64,000 bases of DNA from NCBI RefSeq assembly GCF_009914755.1, contig NC_060925.1; one strand, 5' to 3'. Below the pieces are notes generated by a model, which worked only from the letters and a program-made list of their open reading frames with translations, was not told the origin of the DNA and searched no databases. The stretch is from the human T2T-CHM13v2.0 reference genome, Homo sapiens. Made by a program: the position numbers and the translations under genes. This document shows, piece by piece, positions 1-28,097 of this stretch (within the stretch, counting starts at the first letter, position 1; each line of letters starts with the position of its first letter).

Positions 1-142
1 AAAATGGAGGCCAGTTAGCAGGGCACACCTTGACTCGTGGATCTGCAGGCCATCCCCAGGCCCCAGGGAAGAGCACATGGGCTGTCTAGGGGGGCAACAG
101 AGGCACGTGAAATGCTAAAGGCTCTGCATTGGGCCATGTTCA

Positions 143-208
143 CAGCCTCCTCCTTCCCCCTCCTGGAATGATGCAGCCTCCTCCTTCCCCCTCCTGGAAT
201 GATGCAGC
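143..208. repeat. 31-bp tandem duplication (2 copies)
   Basis: CAGCCTCCTCCTTCCCCCTCCTGGAATGATG at 143-173 and 174-204. Confidence 0.9.
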
Positions 209-309
209 ATTGTGGCTCAGGAGGCCCCTGGAGCTCAGGGCCCCACCATGAGAAAGAACACCCTAGGGTGTTCTCCTGGGACTGCACTCCTGGGAGGTAG
301 ACTCCTGCC

Positions 310-705
310 TCTCACTTTCTCCTTCCTCCAATCCCTTCCATTTCTGCAGCCAGAATGAGTTCTTCTAAAATGCAGATTGGATCCTGTCACCCCTCCAGCT
401 TAAACAAACCTCAGTAACCTTTACAATAGAGATCAAAACTCTTCAATGGCCCCCAAAGCCTACCTGTCCAAACTCAACTCTCACTGCCACTCTTTCCCTT
501 GCTCTCCAAGGTCCAGCCCTCCCCTCACACTCTCCATTGTCTCCTTTGGAGCCCCTACATCTACCTGCCCCATTAGACTGTGAACTTCATGATGGGAGGG
601 CCCTGTCACTTGCTTACCTTTGTATTCCTAGGGCTTAACACAGTGCCAGAGCCAGGGCTCAACCCACGGTAGGTGTTCAACACATGTTTGTTGAACAAAT
701 GAAAG
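310..705 (+). mobile_element. Degenerate L2 LINE 3' fragment
   Basis: agactgtgaacttcatga...gtaggtgttcaacacatgtttgttgaacaaatgaa, typical of the L2 3' end. Confidence 0.55.
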
Positions 706-1749
706 ACCAGCCCTGACACTCAGAAACACACAGGGAGGACACACAAATGTATGTGTGTGTGCATGCATGCACACACATACACGTACTTGCGCAGAAGAGG
801 TCAAACACCTCCCCTCTCGGAGCACATCCAGAGGTAGCGCCTGTAGAAATTGGCAAGATGCTAATCAACACATGTAAATATTCAGTGTCCTCCCCTGGAT
901 GCAAACATTCACCCCATTTCCCTTCTACTTCACCTGAATCCTCAATCAAGCCTCGCTTATGGGTGGCAACAAAGCAGTTCTCTGTCCTTAAGGAGAGAGA
1001 AGGTGGCTCTTTCAAAGCACACCAGGTGGCCTTATCTCCTGGGCCTCACCTGCCCTCCACTCTCCTTAAGAAAATCTGTTACCAGCCATTGTATTTCCAA
1101 TTTCCACTTGCCATCCATCTGTCCGACCAAAAACCCAACCATCTGCCCTGCCGACTTCGCCCCCAACCCTGCTGGTCAGGTCACCCCTTCTGTTCCTTGA
1201 AAAGCTCCTGAGCAAGCTCACCTTCTCCAGCAGGCCTGCTGACTACACAGTTCCCAGGGTCTCCTCCTTCCTGGTCACTCTCGGTGGACTCTGTGTCTGT
1301 GACTCCGTTAATGGCTGCCTTCCCTCCCACTCCCAAAGTTTGCTGCCTGTTTGATACCACTTGGAGGTGTGATTCCCAAGAGGGCAGTGGCTTATGTATC
1401 TGTGTGACTTATGGTGTCAAAGGTCCCAAGGGACCAGCTTAGCTGAAAAGTTAAGGGTTTGGATGATGAAAATGTCCTTGCTAAAAAGGGTCGTATAAAT
1501 GAGGCTTCATGGGGCAAATTTACACTAAGCCAGTCTGGTTAAGAGCTTAAAGCTCTGCAAAGCGAGGAGTTGGATGGACTGATGTCACAGGACCCTTCCA
1601 TCTCTGACCTCCTCTGAGCTAGAATGTTAGCCCTGGGGGCCTTGCCCTGCCAAGCCTGGACTGGAGGAGAAGGAGGAGGCGGGGTGAGTGGGAGGGGCAG
1701 AGGGAGCAGAGGCGCCTGCAGCAACCGACACCTGCTCCAGCCCTGCCTG

Positions 1750-1842
1750 TCCACTACCAGTCAATCCAGAGCCTCAGCAAGCAGCAGCTGGAAACGGGGA
1801 AGAGGGAGCAGACAGGAAGCGGGAGGTCAGCTGTACACCCAG
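1750..1842 (+). other. IGFN1: IGFN1 exon 1 (non-coding 5' UTR; start approximate)
   Basis: Consensus donor CAG|GTAAGT at 1842/1843 upstream of the ATG exon; E-boxes (CACCTG, CAGCTG) nearby. Confidence 0.7.
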
Positions 1843-4189
1843 GTAAGTGGGTGCTCACACCTGGCTGCCCACCCGGGCCAGGGTAGGGCCAGGATGGAGA
1901 CACTAGCCTGCTGTCCAGCTTTTCTACGCAGGAAGGGGCAGGCAGTGGGCAGGATGTCTGCCTGGGGAACATTCCCTGGCTGGCGGATCACACGCTGGGG
2001 TGCACCTGTATCCCCTCTAGGTTACTCCAGGATATCTGGAGGAGAGAATTTCAGTGTGTCCTGTCTGGGCATTTCTGTCCTGGCTCTAATTTTCTGGACA
2101 CGGCTTGACTTTGGGTGTGATACGATGACCAGATTAAAAATATCACTAGCAGTCCAGAATAAGGACCTCGGGCTGGGACTTGTTATATTTTGGTTAGTAT
2201 CATGGTCAAAGCAGTTGAGAGAACTCCATTTGGCTCTTCCTGCCTCAATTTCTACCAGTTGAGAGGTAGCAGGGACCAACTGGAGGTAGCAGGGACCTGG
2301 ATGTGCAGGATGGATCCGGGGAGGGTAGGGAAAAAGGATGGGGAGCCATAGGTCCTGGAGAGGGGGCAGGGAGGGACTGTCCCAGGATCCAGTGCTGAGA
2401 GTGTTGTTGGGACAGCTGAAGTGAGGACACAAACTGCTGTTTCCTTCTGGGAAGAACTGGAGTTCTTCTCAAATGTGGGAATGAATTATGGAGGAGAGAA
2501 TTCATTTCCTTTCTCATCCCTTCCAACTGAGACTACATCCCTCTAGTCTCCAATCCAACAGATCTCTTTCCCTGTGTCATTGACTTTGTACCAAATCTGG
2601 CTTATTCTAAAAGAGAGTGGAGCTCCAGAAGTGGATGCTTAACGTCACATCCCTAAGTTCCCCCAAGAGCTTTGCTTCTTTTGCCCTCCTCTGCTGGGAG
2701 CTGTAGGCAGGAGGCTGGAGGGAGAAGAGTGGTATCAGCGTCATCCTTCTTCATGTGTGACCAATAGCTGAGTAACAGGATGATAGCTGCTCGTGGTGAT
2801 GATGTGGGTGACGATGGGGATGATGACTCAGATAGCTGTGTTGAACTCAAACTACTCCAGTGTGGGGGTCACCGACTGGCACCAGTGCACTTGCATCTAC
2901 CAGGAGGCTGCACTGAGGGGTGGGTGGGATGGGGGCCCTTGCAGCCCTCCCCCTGGCCGTGTCCAGCTGGGTCCTCATCCGTTGGTGGCTGCCTTCCCTC
3001 CCACCCTTCCTCGTGACTCCCTTCGGCGTAGTGCCTGTGGCACCCGTGACCACTCCAGAACGCAGTTGGCGTACCATGGCATTCCAGCACGCTAGGGTGC
3101 AGCGGCTGGGCTGGCGAGGGGCTGCCAGGGGTCAGAAGTGCCAGTGGGTGGCCGTTGCGAAATGGAATGATCTCCATGGGAGAGAGGAATTTGCTCTGTC
3201 ATGTGTGATTCTATATTAATGATAAGGCTCTTTGGGCAGAAAATGGAGTCCCCAAAATGGAACCGCTTGGCCATGGGCCAATCGCACAGAGGGTGGGACT
3301 GCTGGAAGATTCTTTCAAGACATCCCCCCTCCCTGATTTATGGCTCTCATCCCACCCCAGACCCAACCCCCTTCCTCTCCTGTGTGGGACTCCCCATTGG
3401 CCATAACAGATGGATGCAATTAAGAGGAAATCAGGAGAGATGGTGGTGGTGAGAGAATGGAAAATACTCCTATTCACCTGACACTATAATTCACTGGCTT
3501 CTGAGGGGAGCAGATGGATTTATGGGGATCCTACAGGCCTGGGCCAAGAAGAGCTTAAGAGCAGCAAATTTGAGGCCTCTCCCCTGCAGACCTTGTGACT
3601 GGAAGGATTCTAGATTGGTGGAGCGTGGGAAGTAGAGGGCTTCAGTGTCCTGCCAGAAAATCTCAGAGTTGGGGGAAGAGCCAGGAGGCCCAAAGAATGT
3701 CCTTGGAGAATTCCCATTCCAAAGCCAATGGGGCAAGCTGAAAGGAGCCTGAATCCTTTCACAGCTGAAATCCTTTCACAGCTGAATCCTTACACAGCTG
3801 AAAGGATCCTGAATGGGTCTGATTTCCTCAGGTTTGGGAGGGTTGTGTCTCATGTTCTGGGCAGGGTAATCAGGTCTGGGGTCCCACCAGGAGGCCAGGC
3901 CACCAGCACAGTGTGCAGGCTCAGCTTATGGTTCCCTTTACCTGGGAATGTTACCAACTGGGTAGCATGCTACCCACTCCCTGGTCTCTGGGAAATTGGT
4001 TTTGCTGGGGACAGGGAATTGCAGGAAACTAATCAGTGCCATTAGTGGGTTAGAAAAGCTCTTGGGGGCAGCAGCTTTTTCCAGCTCCCACCCCAGACAT
4101 TGGCTGATGCACTGATGGTGTGGGAGGGGTGGGGTGAGACCAGCCTGGATTTCTCAAAAGCAATTCCATTTCTGTTCTCAGGGTAATAG

Positions 4190-4685
<496 letters not shown>

Positions 4686-4961
4686 TTTTTTTTTGAGTCT
4701 TGGCTTTGGGTTTTGATTTGTTTTCCTGAGTAAGGAGTGCAAAGCCCCCACACGAGCTCCTGCTTCTTGGCTTCCTGAGAAGGAGCCCTTTCTCACTCTT
4801 TCTTCCCAGCTTTTCCCCAGTGACACACTCAGGGTCTTCCTAGGGTGCCCCACCCACTTCCTAGAGGCTCCATTCACACTGCCAGAGTGTGTGCCACCAG
4901 ATTCCCACTAGAGAATTCAAAAGCACTGTGCACAGGCAGGAGGTACTACAAATAATCCTGA

Positions 4962-5327
<366 letters not shown>

Positions 5328-6060
5328 TAGCCCATCTCCCTCCTATCCTTGAGGGGGTATGTGCTTACCTGGAACCCTAGAAGTGACAAGAGGCCTGGGG
5401 AAAAGAGTGGATAAAGAGAGTGAAGAGACACCATGCTATTCTGGTGTGAGAAATATCTGGGGGGCAGGGATGGAAAAATGCTAAACTGGGGAGCAGGGAG
5501 AGGTTGTGGTGTTTCCTGGTCCCTGTCTCCTCACCTCAAAGCCACTGCTGCAGAGAGGCACTGTTAAAACAGTTAATTTGACTCTTCCCAATCCTCGCCT
5601 CCAGGCAGCAGCACCTGCTGTGGCTCACAGGCTGGGCTCAGGAAGGCCCTTCTAGAAGGCCACATAAGAAGGTGTCCAAGAAAGTGGTGGGAACAAAGGC
5701 TTATTGGGGAAAAAGTGGGAATTGGTGTTCTTTCCCCAACACACACCCTGCAATAAATTTTAGTTCATAGCATCCTGGTAATAAGAAAAAGAATGGTATT
5801 TTATTTTTCTAAATCTGGAACAAGGTAATGAGAAATTGGGAAGGGCCCTTGGGCCTTTGGTCTATATTGCTGTCTACTGAGATGTTCCTGGTGGGAGGCT
5901 GAGGGATTCCTTGAGGGCGGGCAGTTCCCAGGCCTCCATGACAGGCATGGAGCATGGGGTCTTTTCTGAGGCTGAAGCCTGTGTCTCAGCACCGGATCCT
6001 TCGGGCACCAAATAGCCACTCCTTCTCCTAGTTGTGATTCCTCCTCCCCCTAGAGAGTAG

Positions 6061-6615
<555 letters not shown>

Positions 6616-6703
6616 TGAGTCCTGAGTCAAGGGGACCAAGGCCTGGCATCCTTTTTGGAAGGGGCAGTTGAAATACCTAGATGAGGAAGACGATATAAAT
6701 TAA

Positions 6704-6997
<294 letters not shown>

Positions 6998-7289
6998 TAG
7001 AGGAGTAAGACATACTCCTCGTTGAGGTTGAATCCATTCAACTCCATCTCGTGACTCAAAGTTGCCTGAGCCAAGAATGGATCTGGCAGGCTTGCAGATA
7101 CCTCTGCTGATAACCTGGGAGGTGGTGTAGACTGGAGCTTAAGAGCTCAAGCTCTGAAGTCAGACTGCTGGAGTTACAATCCCAGGCCCACCACCTTGGC
7201 TTTAGAAAGTCATTTTACTCTTTTTACCTCTGTCTCCTCATTTGTAAAAATGGGATAATAATAGTACCTACTTTAAGGAGTTGTTATGA

Positions 7290-7622
<333 letters not shown>

Positions 7623-8086
7623 TAGTGCCTGGCCTATAGTGAGTACTCAATCAATCTTGGCTAATCTGAGCAATATTATAAATACTAACCATGGGATACC
7701 TACTATGTGCCAGGCCCTACTATGTCCCAGGGGCTAAATATTTGACATAGATTATATATTTAATTCTAATTATTCACCACTTTTTTGAGGTATTATATTC
7801 CCATCTTACAAATGAAGAAACTGAAGTTGAGAGAAGTTAGGTAACTTGCCCAAGGTCCCACAGCTAGTAATACAGGACAGAGACTGTTTTCAGGCCCAGA
7901 TCCATCTGACCCCAAAAAGCACACTCTTTCTACTTCGCTACATTGCCTCTGATGGCAAAGAATTGATACATCCACCCTCTGTCCCAAACCAGGTTTCTGT
8001 TTTGGGGTCTGTCTTTCCTGATAAAGACTGTGAGCTCCATGAGGACAAGGACCATGTCTTACTCACTTTATACCCCCAACACATAG

Positions 8087-8521
<435 letters not shown>

Positions 8522-9024
8522 TAGTCCTAGAGCTTCTGCTAACTCATTCAATGGGCTTCGTTTTCCTCTCTGGGTCTCAGTTTCTCCACCATGCAAAGGA
8601 TATTTTGGACAGGCCTATGCCAGAGTTGACAAACAGGTCACACAAAGGCCAAATTCTCTCTCAGACATGTTTTTTTTGGTGTGCGTGGTGTTTGAAATTT
8701 TAAAAATTGTCAACCTGTAGTAATTAAAAGGTAGATATCTCTTGAGGAAGCAGGTCTAGTCTCGCCATTGGTTATGCTTACAATTGATCTGCCTGCAACT
8801 AACAGAAAATCCTACTAAGAGCAGCCTAAGAAATAACGATATTTCATTCCTTCACATAAGAAGTTTTGCGAGTGGCGTCCAGGGCTCATACCACAGCTCA
8901 GGGCTGCCATCGGAGAGCTGATTCCTTCGTTCCCACTGCTCTGCCATCCTTAGCAGATTGGCTTATCACCTCATGGCCATAAGAGGGCTGTGGCAGATTC
9001 AAACATAATCCATGTTCAAGGTAG

Positions 9025-9657
<633 letters not shown>

Positions 9658-10268
9658 AGTCCATCCACCCTTTTTATAGAGGAAGCAAAGGCTTTCTCAG
9701 AAATTCCTGGAGCTCATTGGTCAGGACAGTGTCACATGAGCACTGCTAGTTGCAAGGGAAGCTGGGGAAGGTGAGTGTTTAGCTTTTTCAGCCTCTCTAG
9801 TGGAAGCAGATGATGAAGAATACAAATGGCTGCAGGATTAGCCAAACAGCAATGTCTGACCTATTTGGCAATATTGGGCCTATACCCTGAAATGGCAGCT
9901 CCCAGGTGGAGTGAAAGAGCAGCTGCCCCTTTAGATACTCTTGAGTTTGTTGTGGTTGCCAGTGTCTGCTTCACGCATTTATGCCACCTCCCTGGCCCCT
10001 GCGGACACATGACTGGGCCTCCCCTGCATGAGATGATGCTTAGGTTGGTCCCCTTGGTCATGGTAAGGCTCTAGGGTAAAAAGGCTTATGATGGACAGAC
10101 CCTCCACCCTGCTCCATCCCTCTTGCTGGGATCGTCCACGCCTTAGAGGACAGTGGGGAGAGCAGGGCTCTGGGACTCCATCAGTTTCTCAGGAAGACCA
10201 TCAACATGTCTTGCTTCTCTCCCTGCTTGTCCACATCGACTCCTTCCTCTCCTCCCTGGATGTTGCAG

Positions 10269-10313
10269 TTGGCTTTCGGAAGAATCGGAAGAGGCACAGG
10301 GAACCGCAGGAAG
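10269..10313 (+). CDS. IGFN1: IGFN1 exon 6 (VGFRKNRKRHREPQE)
   Basis: 45-nt exon, ttgcag| and G|gtagg, phase-consistent. Confidence 0.88.
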
Positions 10314-10543
10314 GTAGGCAGATTTGTCAGAAACCTCCTTGGGGGCCTGTGGGGGATAGGCTACTCCTTTCCTGGTGTTCCCTGCCTGGTTGAGCTACCA
10401 TGAACACCTTGTGGATCACCACCAGTCTTCAAGAGAGCCCCTTCCAAAGGCTCAGTTGTCAGCATGGACAACACAGAAAAGCTCTGCATCAACCCTCAGT
10501 CATCCCACCTGGGACTGAGGCCTCATTCCTGCTCCTTTTTCAG

Positions 10544-10589
10544 ACCTCAGGAAGGAGCTGATGGACTTCCGGAAGTTGCTGAAAAAGAG
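10544..10589 (+). CDS. IGFN1: IGFN1 exon 7 (DLRKELMDFRKLLKKR)
   Basis: tttcag| and AG|gtggg; DFxxLLKKR motif as in the MyBP-C M-domain. Confidence 0.9.
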
Positions 10590-11007
10590 GTGGGTTTGGG
10601 CCTGTCCATGAGGGATTTTGGAGGCTCCCATAGTATTCACCCCCTGCTATTTCCATAAGTAAGCTGGGCTTGAGCCCCACCTCTACCCAACACAGCAGGG
10701 AGCTAGACTGCCAGTAGCAGATGGGAGGATGGGAAGGGGACTGAACTGGATGGGAATGGGACAGAGCTCCAGCTCTGCCATTTCAAAGCTCTATATCCTT
10801 GAGTTAATCATCTCTCCTCTGATTTCCTCATTTGCAAAATGTGGTGGTCCACCAGAACAATGATGTACTTTTTTTTTTTAAGCAACAGAACAATGCAACA
10901 CCCACTTTCCCCAGACATCCTACTTAGAAATCTACAATACAAGTTGTCAGGAGCATTTCTCCTGAAAGTTGTGGGGTGAGGCTGAGGCTCGCCCCACCCA
11001 TCTCTGA

Positions 11008-11478
<471 letters not shown>

Positions 11479-11759
11479 TAGTCCCCAGTGGGGTATCTGG
11501 CTAAGGCCCTGGGATCCCAGGTTGGTGTCCTGCCTTTGCAACCTGGTTCTGATACTTACTAAACTCTGGAGCTTTGGAAGGGTTAGGGCCTCTGTATCTT
11601 GGTGTCTTCATCTGTAAAATGGGAATTATAGTCATGCCTACCTTGTAGGGTTATTGGGAGGATAAATGAGAGAATGTAATTAAAGTACTTAGCTTAGTGC
11701 CTTGATTTTTGCTATCATTATCATTGTCACCAGATTGCGGGGGGGAGGTACCTGGTTTA

Positions 11760-12065
11760 TTTCTTTCTTTTTTTTTTTTTTTTTAAGATGGAGTCTTGCT
11801 CTTTCGCCCAGGCTGGAGTGCTGTGGCCGGATCTTGGCTCACTGCAAGCTCCGCCTCCCAGGTTCACGCCATTCTCCTGCCTCAGCCTCCTGAGTAGCTG
11901 GGACTACAGGTGCCTGCCACCACACCCAGCTAACTTTTTGTATTTTTAGTAGAGACGGGGTTTCACCGTGTTAGCCAGGATGATCTCGATCTCCTGACCT
12001 CGTGATCCGCCTGCCTCGGCCTCCCAAAGTGCTGGGATTACAGGCGTGAGCCACCGCACCTGGCT
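11760..12065 (-). mobile_element. AluY with TSD TACCTGGTTTA
   Basis: AluY diagnostics GCAAGCTCCGCC, TTCACGCCATTC, GTTAGCCAGGATG. Confidence 0.9.
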
Positions 12066-12653
12066 ACCTGGTTTACTTCTAAAGGCTTTCATGGAAGGGA
12101 ATTTCACAGTTCCCATTAGCACTCTGATCCCAGAATCTTATCAGCTGTACAGGAATTTCTTTCCTGTGTCTAACTTAACTATAGCATAAGTCTAATTTTT
12201 CTTCTGAAAATGGAAAACAACTAGTTTTTATTATCCTGAAAATAGTATCTTATCCCCTTGAAAGATAAGCTTCCTTAAACCTAACACCTAGGGTCTCAGC
12301 CTTCTCTCCTCCAAGCTTTCTCATTGGCTTTAACACGGGACCTAGCACAGAGCTTTGCACACGGTAGGTGTTCAACTAATGTTCGTTAGAAGTACAGATA
12401 GATGGAAAAGCCCCACTGTGTTCTAGCAACTGAACACCTGGGGTCTTTTCTTGGTTGTCTTCCTGATCTGATCTCTCATCTTGGAGAATTTCCTTCCTTG
12501 AGGGGCTTACTTTCCCCCACTTGTAAAAGGGGCCAATGCATGCTCATCTGGAACGCTGTGGGCCTGGGATGGTACCAGGGCCTATGAGGGTTCAGAGTAC
12601 CCCGAAGAGAGAGCTTCATGAGCTCTCCTGGTGGGTGTTTGTCTGCTTTGTAG

Positions 12654-12884
<231 letters not shown>

Positions 12885-13607
12885 TGAGCCCCTCATCCCA
12901 TGGAGTTCCTGGCTGGACCTGGACCAAACCCTGGTGTAGACCATCCATCCACAGGGACTTCTTATCTCACACTGAGCAACTGGGCTCTCCAGCTGGGCCT
13001 GTGATTCTCTGTAAATTGTGTCTAACACCAGAGCACGGGGGTGAAAAGAGGGTTCTGAGAAAGTGCACCCCTTTCCATCTGAGCTTTCTTTCCAGAGACT
13101 TCATACATCCCTACCTGGGCTCTAGGAGTAATTATCTGCCAACCAGATGGGGGCAGAGGCAGGTGGGGAGCAGTTGGTAAAATTTGGCTAGTTCTGTAGC
13201 CAAACTCATCCAGCTTCATCACTTATAAGCTGTATGACCTCAGACAAGATACTTATCTTCCCCATGCCTCGGCTTCCTCACTTGTGAACTGGGGATAATA
13301 TAGGACCTGTCTCATGGTGTACTGCAGCGCTAAATGACATCATGTGTGACTTGCCCCTCCCCTCACCTCTCTGCTTATTCCTGCTTCTCTTCCCCTTGTC
13401 CCTCAGTTCCTGGCCCACTGGCCTTGTCCCTGTTCCTTTGCCCAGGTGTTCCCTCTGCTTGGCATGCTCATCCCCGATATCGACAGGGCTAATTCCTTCA
13501 TGGCAGAGAGACTTCCCTTGGCCACTCCGTGTGATTCCACTATGTCCCTCCAGCCCCACCCTGGCACTCAGGAGCCCTGGACCCATATCTACCTTTTTGT
13601 TCCCTAG

Positions 13608-14066
<459 letters not shown>

Positions 14067-14672
14067 TAGCTAGTGAGAGCAGGAATCTTTGTTTTATGCA
14101 TTGATGTGTCCTAAGTACCTGAAACAGTGCCTGGCACACAGTGGGCCCCTAATAAGTATTAGCTATTGTTAATATTCAGCAAGTAGCAAACCTATCTAGG
14201 GCTTAGTTAAAGCAGGTATGCATATAGATTACTGGGTTTCATAGAGCCTTATGGATATCTGATGTTATTCTCTGCAAGTTCCTGTTGGTGAATAAGTTGA
14301 GCTGGGGCCTCTGGGCCATGGGTGTTGTGTCCGGCCTCCCCTGCTATCCTCGCAGGGCTGCTGGAGAGTAACTCTACTCACAGCCTGAGCTGGAATGTCA
14401 GCAACTTCAGGTGCCCCTTTGTATAACACTTGCAGACTTTTCACTCCATGGACATTCCTAGAGCATGGATTCCCATCCAGCTCACAATCCCTGTTCCCAT
14501 GTTCTCCAGGCCCTGCTGTCCACCCCATCCCAGCTCCTCTATGGTTCCAGGAATCTGTTGTCTGGCGACTGGGCCCGTGGGAGAAAACTGCTGGTTATAG
14601 CCAGAATGGGACTGGGGCAGGAAGCACTGAGGACCCACTGAGGCCCGCCTCCTCTTCCTTTTCTGGCCTTAG

Positions 14673-15044
<372 letters not shown>

Positions 15045-15939
15045 TGAGCTGGGTTCTACTGAATTACTGTCACAGACATAGAACATATGTGTCATGCCTC
15101 TGCTTAGACCTTCTCTAGCCATCAATTATTTTCAGATCAGATCCAGACTAATTGCACAGCCTCTAGAACTCCTTTCTGTTGCATGTCCTCATCTCCCACA
15201 ACACCCTAGCAAGATCTCTGGGTTAGGCATCCTCACGCTCCATACAGACCTTTCCTTTTCTGCTTCCTGTATTCCTTCCCCATCTAGGAACTGACACTCC
15301 TCCTTCATCAAACTCTGTCCCATCCCCATGAGTACCTGTGTCCACATCACTCTCAGAGCACCTGCCAGCTCAAGGGGGTTCTTGAAAGGACAACGAGAGG
15401 CCTGGGGAAGGGAGCTTTGGACAGACATGTCGTAAGAACATGGCTGAATCAAAGTTGGGGGAGAAAAAAGGGGGTTATGTGCCCCAGCACGGGGGAGGTG
15501 CCCAGATGGGGCTTTGGAAAGCCTGAAAACAGTGCAGTTTGGGAAAAGAAGTATGGGTTTGGGAGTCAGCCAGACCTGGGTGTGAATCTTGGTTTCTCTT
15601 AACTGCGTAAGACTGGGGCAAGTTATTTAACTTTTTAAGCCTTAGTTTTCTCACCTGTAAAAAGAAATTAATAATACTTATCTTGGAGATGGTCACAAGG
15701 ATGAATAAGATAAACTACCGGCTCTTAGCATAGTGGTTTCCTTCATGCATCCACCTTGTCCCTAAATATAACTTTTGGGTTTGGAAGTATAGAATCCCAG
15801 AGCTGAAAATAAGCCTCATTGCTCATAACTGTAGCCCCTCATTTTACTTGGGGGGAATTGACACCTGAGGTCCAGAGGTGACCTGTCCAAGGTAACATGG
15901 GGAGTTTGTGGCTGAGCTGGTCTAAGCCAGGATTTCTGA

Positions 15940-16350
<411 letters not shown>

Positions 16351-17003
16351 TGAGGAAGGCGAGGCAGTGGGATTTCCTTTGGTCAGAGAGAATAAGGAAA
16401 GCTCCTTAGATTATTCTCCACCCACTGCAGTGCAGACCTTCATGGCCAACCCAACCCTTCTCAGCTGTGCCTGCTCTACTGGGTCTCTTGGAATTACTTT
16501 GGGGCACAGATGGCTCTAGGGTCCTAGGCAGCCTTGGGACAGTGGCCCAGGTTCAGTCTGGATGAGAAGCCCCTGCACCAGACCAGAGAGCACTCTCAAA
16601 CTTCCCTGGGGATTGAAATTTGCGTTCAAGATGTTCCCAGGAAAGTGTAAATTGGACATAAGTAAGGCAGGTGGTAGAGCAAGTCGATATTTTAAAAACC
16701 ATGCACCTGCTGCGGCAGTTTGATAAACAAATGACTTTTGGCTTATGCGTTTTCTCCAAAACCCTCATGAAGCCTATAGCAGGGTGGCCTGCGGGTATAG
16801 GACTAGGGAGGTGGTGATGGGATTCACCCATCCATCCCTGGAACACCCTGGCTTCCTTCCCAGGTGGTCACCTTGCTTCTCTCCTGGGGAAGTCCAGGTC
16901 AGGCAAGCAGCTGGGCTCAGGCAGGTGCTTTGGCCGGATTTAACAGGAGTTTTGGTATTTTCTCTTGTCTCTCCATGTGGGCACTGACCTTCCATATGAA
17001 TAA

Positions 17004-24914
<7,911 letters not shown>

Positions 24915-25307
24915 TAGAGACAGTGGGGAGCTCCCTGGCCACTGGGATGCTTGGGTCTGTCCCAGTTCTGCCTCCAGCCCCAGGAGTTTGTCCCTGCCAG
25001 TGCTCCCCATTCTCAGGAATCTTTTGCAAATTTAGGAAGCAACCTCTTCCTCTTTACGCAGATGGGGTCCAGCCTGTGAGAGGCTCAGAGGTCTCCTAGG
25101 TATCTGCTCTTGAAACCTTATGTCCACAGCACCAGAGTTGTTGACCCAACTCTCTGTGGGTTACCAGACTTCTCACCTGTGGCGGGGGGGCCCTTCATAT
25201 ACCTTACACCCCAGGTCTCCTGGACCAGCCTAGGTCCTGCTGAGAAAAGCAGCAATGCTTGGGCTCCTGTCTGGGAAGACCAGGGCATTGGAGCCAAGAT
25301 AGCATAG

Positions 25308-25607
<300 letters not shown>

Positions 25608-26150
25608 TAAAGCAGAGAGGGGCAAGAGCGTAGAGGCTTTGAAAGAAAGATTTTTCATTCTTCATTTTGCTAATGTATCCACCTCAGGAGAAGTTTAAAT
25701 AGCCAATAACTTGGTGTGTTTAAAATAAAATTGGATTTTTAAATGATGTGTATCCTATGCCCCTCAGCATACCCCTTGTTCTTCCACCATCCAAAATGCC
25801 TCTTCTATACCCATACCTGCTGAATCCTACCCATCCTTCAAGGCCTCGTACAAATGCCATCGTCTCATCCCAACCAGAAGGGGGCCCTCGTCTCCCTGCA
25901 CAGTCCTCTGTCCTCCATTAAAGCTGTCACCCCAAGAGACATCACAGTGACTCAGGGCATGGGGCTCAGTATCAGCTAAGTCTGGCTTCAGATCCCAGCT
26001 CTGCCACTACCAGTTATAAGACTTCAAGCAAGCTGGCAAACAGTCTGGCTTCCTCATCTATAAAGTGGGACAAATAATAGTACTTACTTCATAAGGCTGT
26101 TACGACAATTAAATAAGGTGCTAAGCACAGAGAGCATTGGCACACAATAA

Positions 26151-26471
<321 letters not shown>

Positions 26472-26627
26472 TGATATGCCTTGCTTTAAAACACCTGAAT
26501 TTGTGGCTAGTCTGCAGCCAGTATCTAATCTCATCCCCAGAGAAGATGATTTAAAAAGCCGACTCATACCCTGCCTATTCCAGCATCTTAGCTCTTTCCC
26601 TGTCAGGAAGTCCTTGGTGAGGTCTAA

Positions 26628-27197
<570 letters not shown>

Positions 27198-27548
27198 TGA
27201 TCCTCATTTGCATGCTGTTTAAGATCCAGACCTACCACTAACTCTGCTCAGACTGCTTAGGAAGAAGCAGTTGAGATGAACACAGTGCTGGGCTCCTGCT
27301 GGGGGGGAGGAGCCGGTTATGCTTCTCTGACCCCAATACACTGGGCCCTCAGGAAGTTGCTGGGTAGGATGGTGGTCCCCAGCCCTGAGTGGTGCCAGCA
27401 AGGTAGGACTGCTCTTGGCCGAGCAGGTGCCCATACCAGCCACCGGACGGTGGGGCCGGGAGGGGCTGGTGCATTCCATGGCACATCCCTGGGTGCATGT
27501 GTGTGTTGGGGGTGGAGACATCTCAAGAATGTGTGGCCCTCTGGGTAA

Positions 27549-28097
<549 letters not shown>

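Noticed and set aside
1481-1500. CTAAAAAGGG and TATAAAT as MEF2 site and TATA box
   Set aside because: MEF2 consensus is not met, and the TATA-like motif lies too far (~250 bp) from the presumed exon 1 start to assign
1624-2262. 212-aa ORF across the promoter and exon 1
   Set aside because: Crosses the exon 1 donor, has no recognisable domain, and is typical of chance ORFs in GC-rich DNA
15762-15771. MEF2 consensus match CTAAATATAA in intron 10
   Set aside because: Single short AT-rich motif between MIR relics; expected by chance
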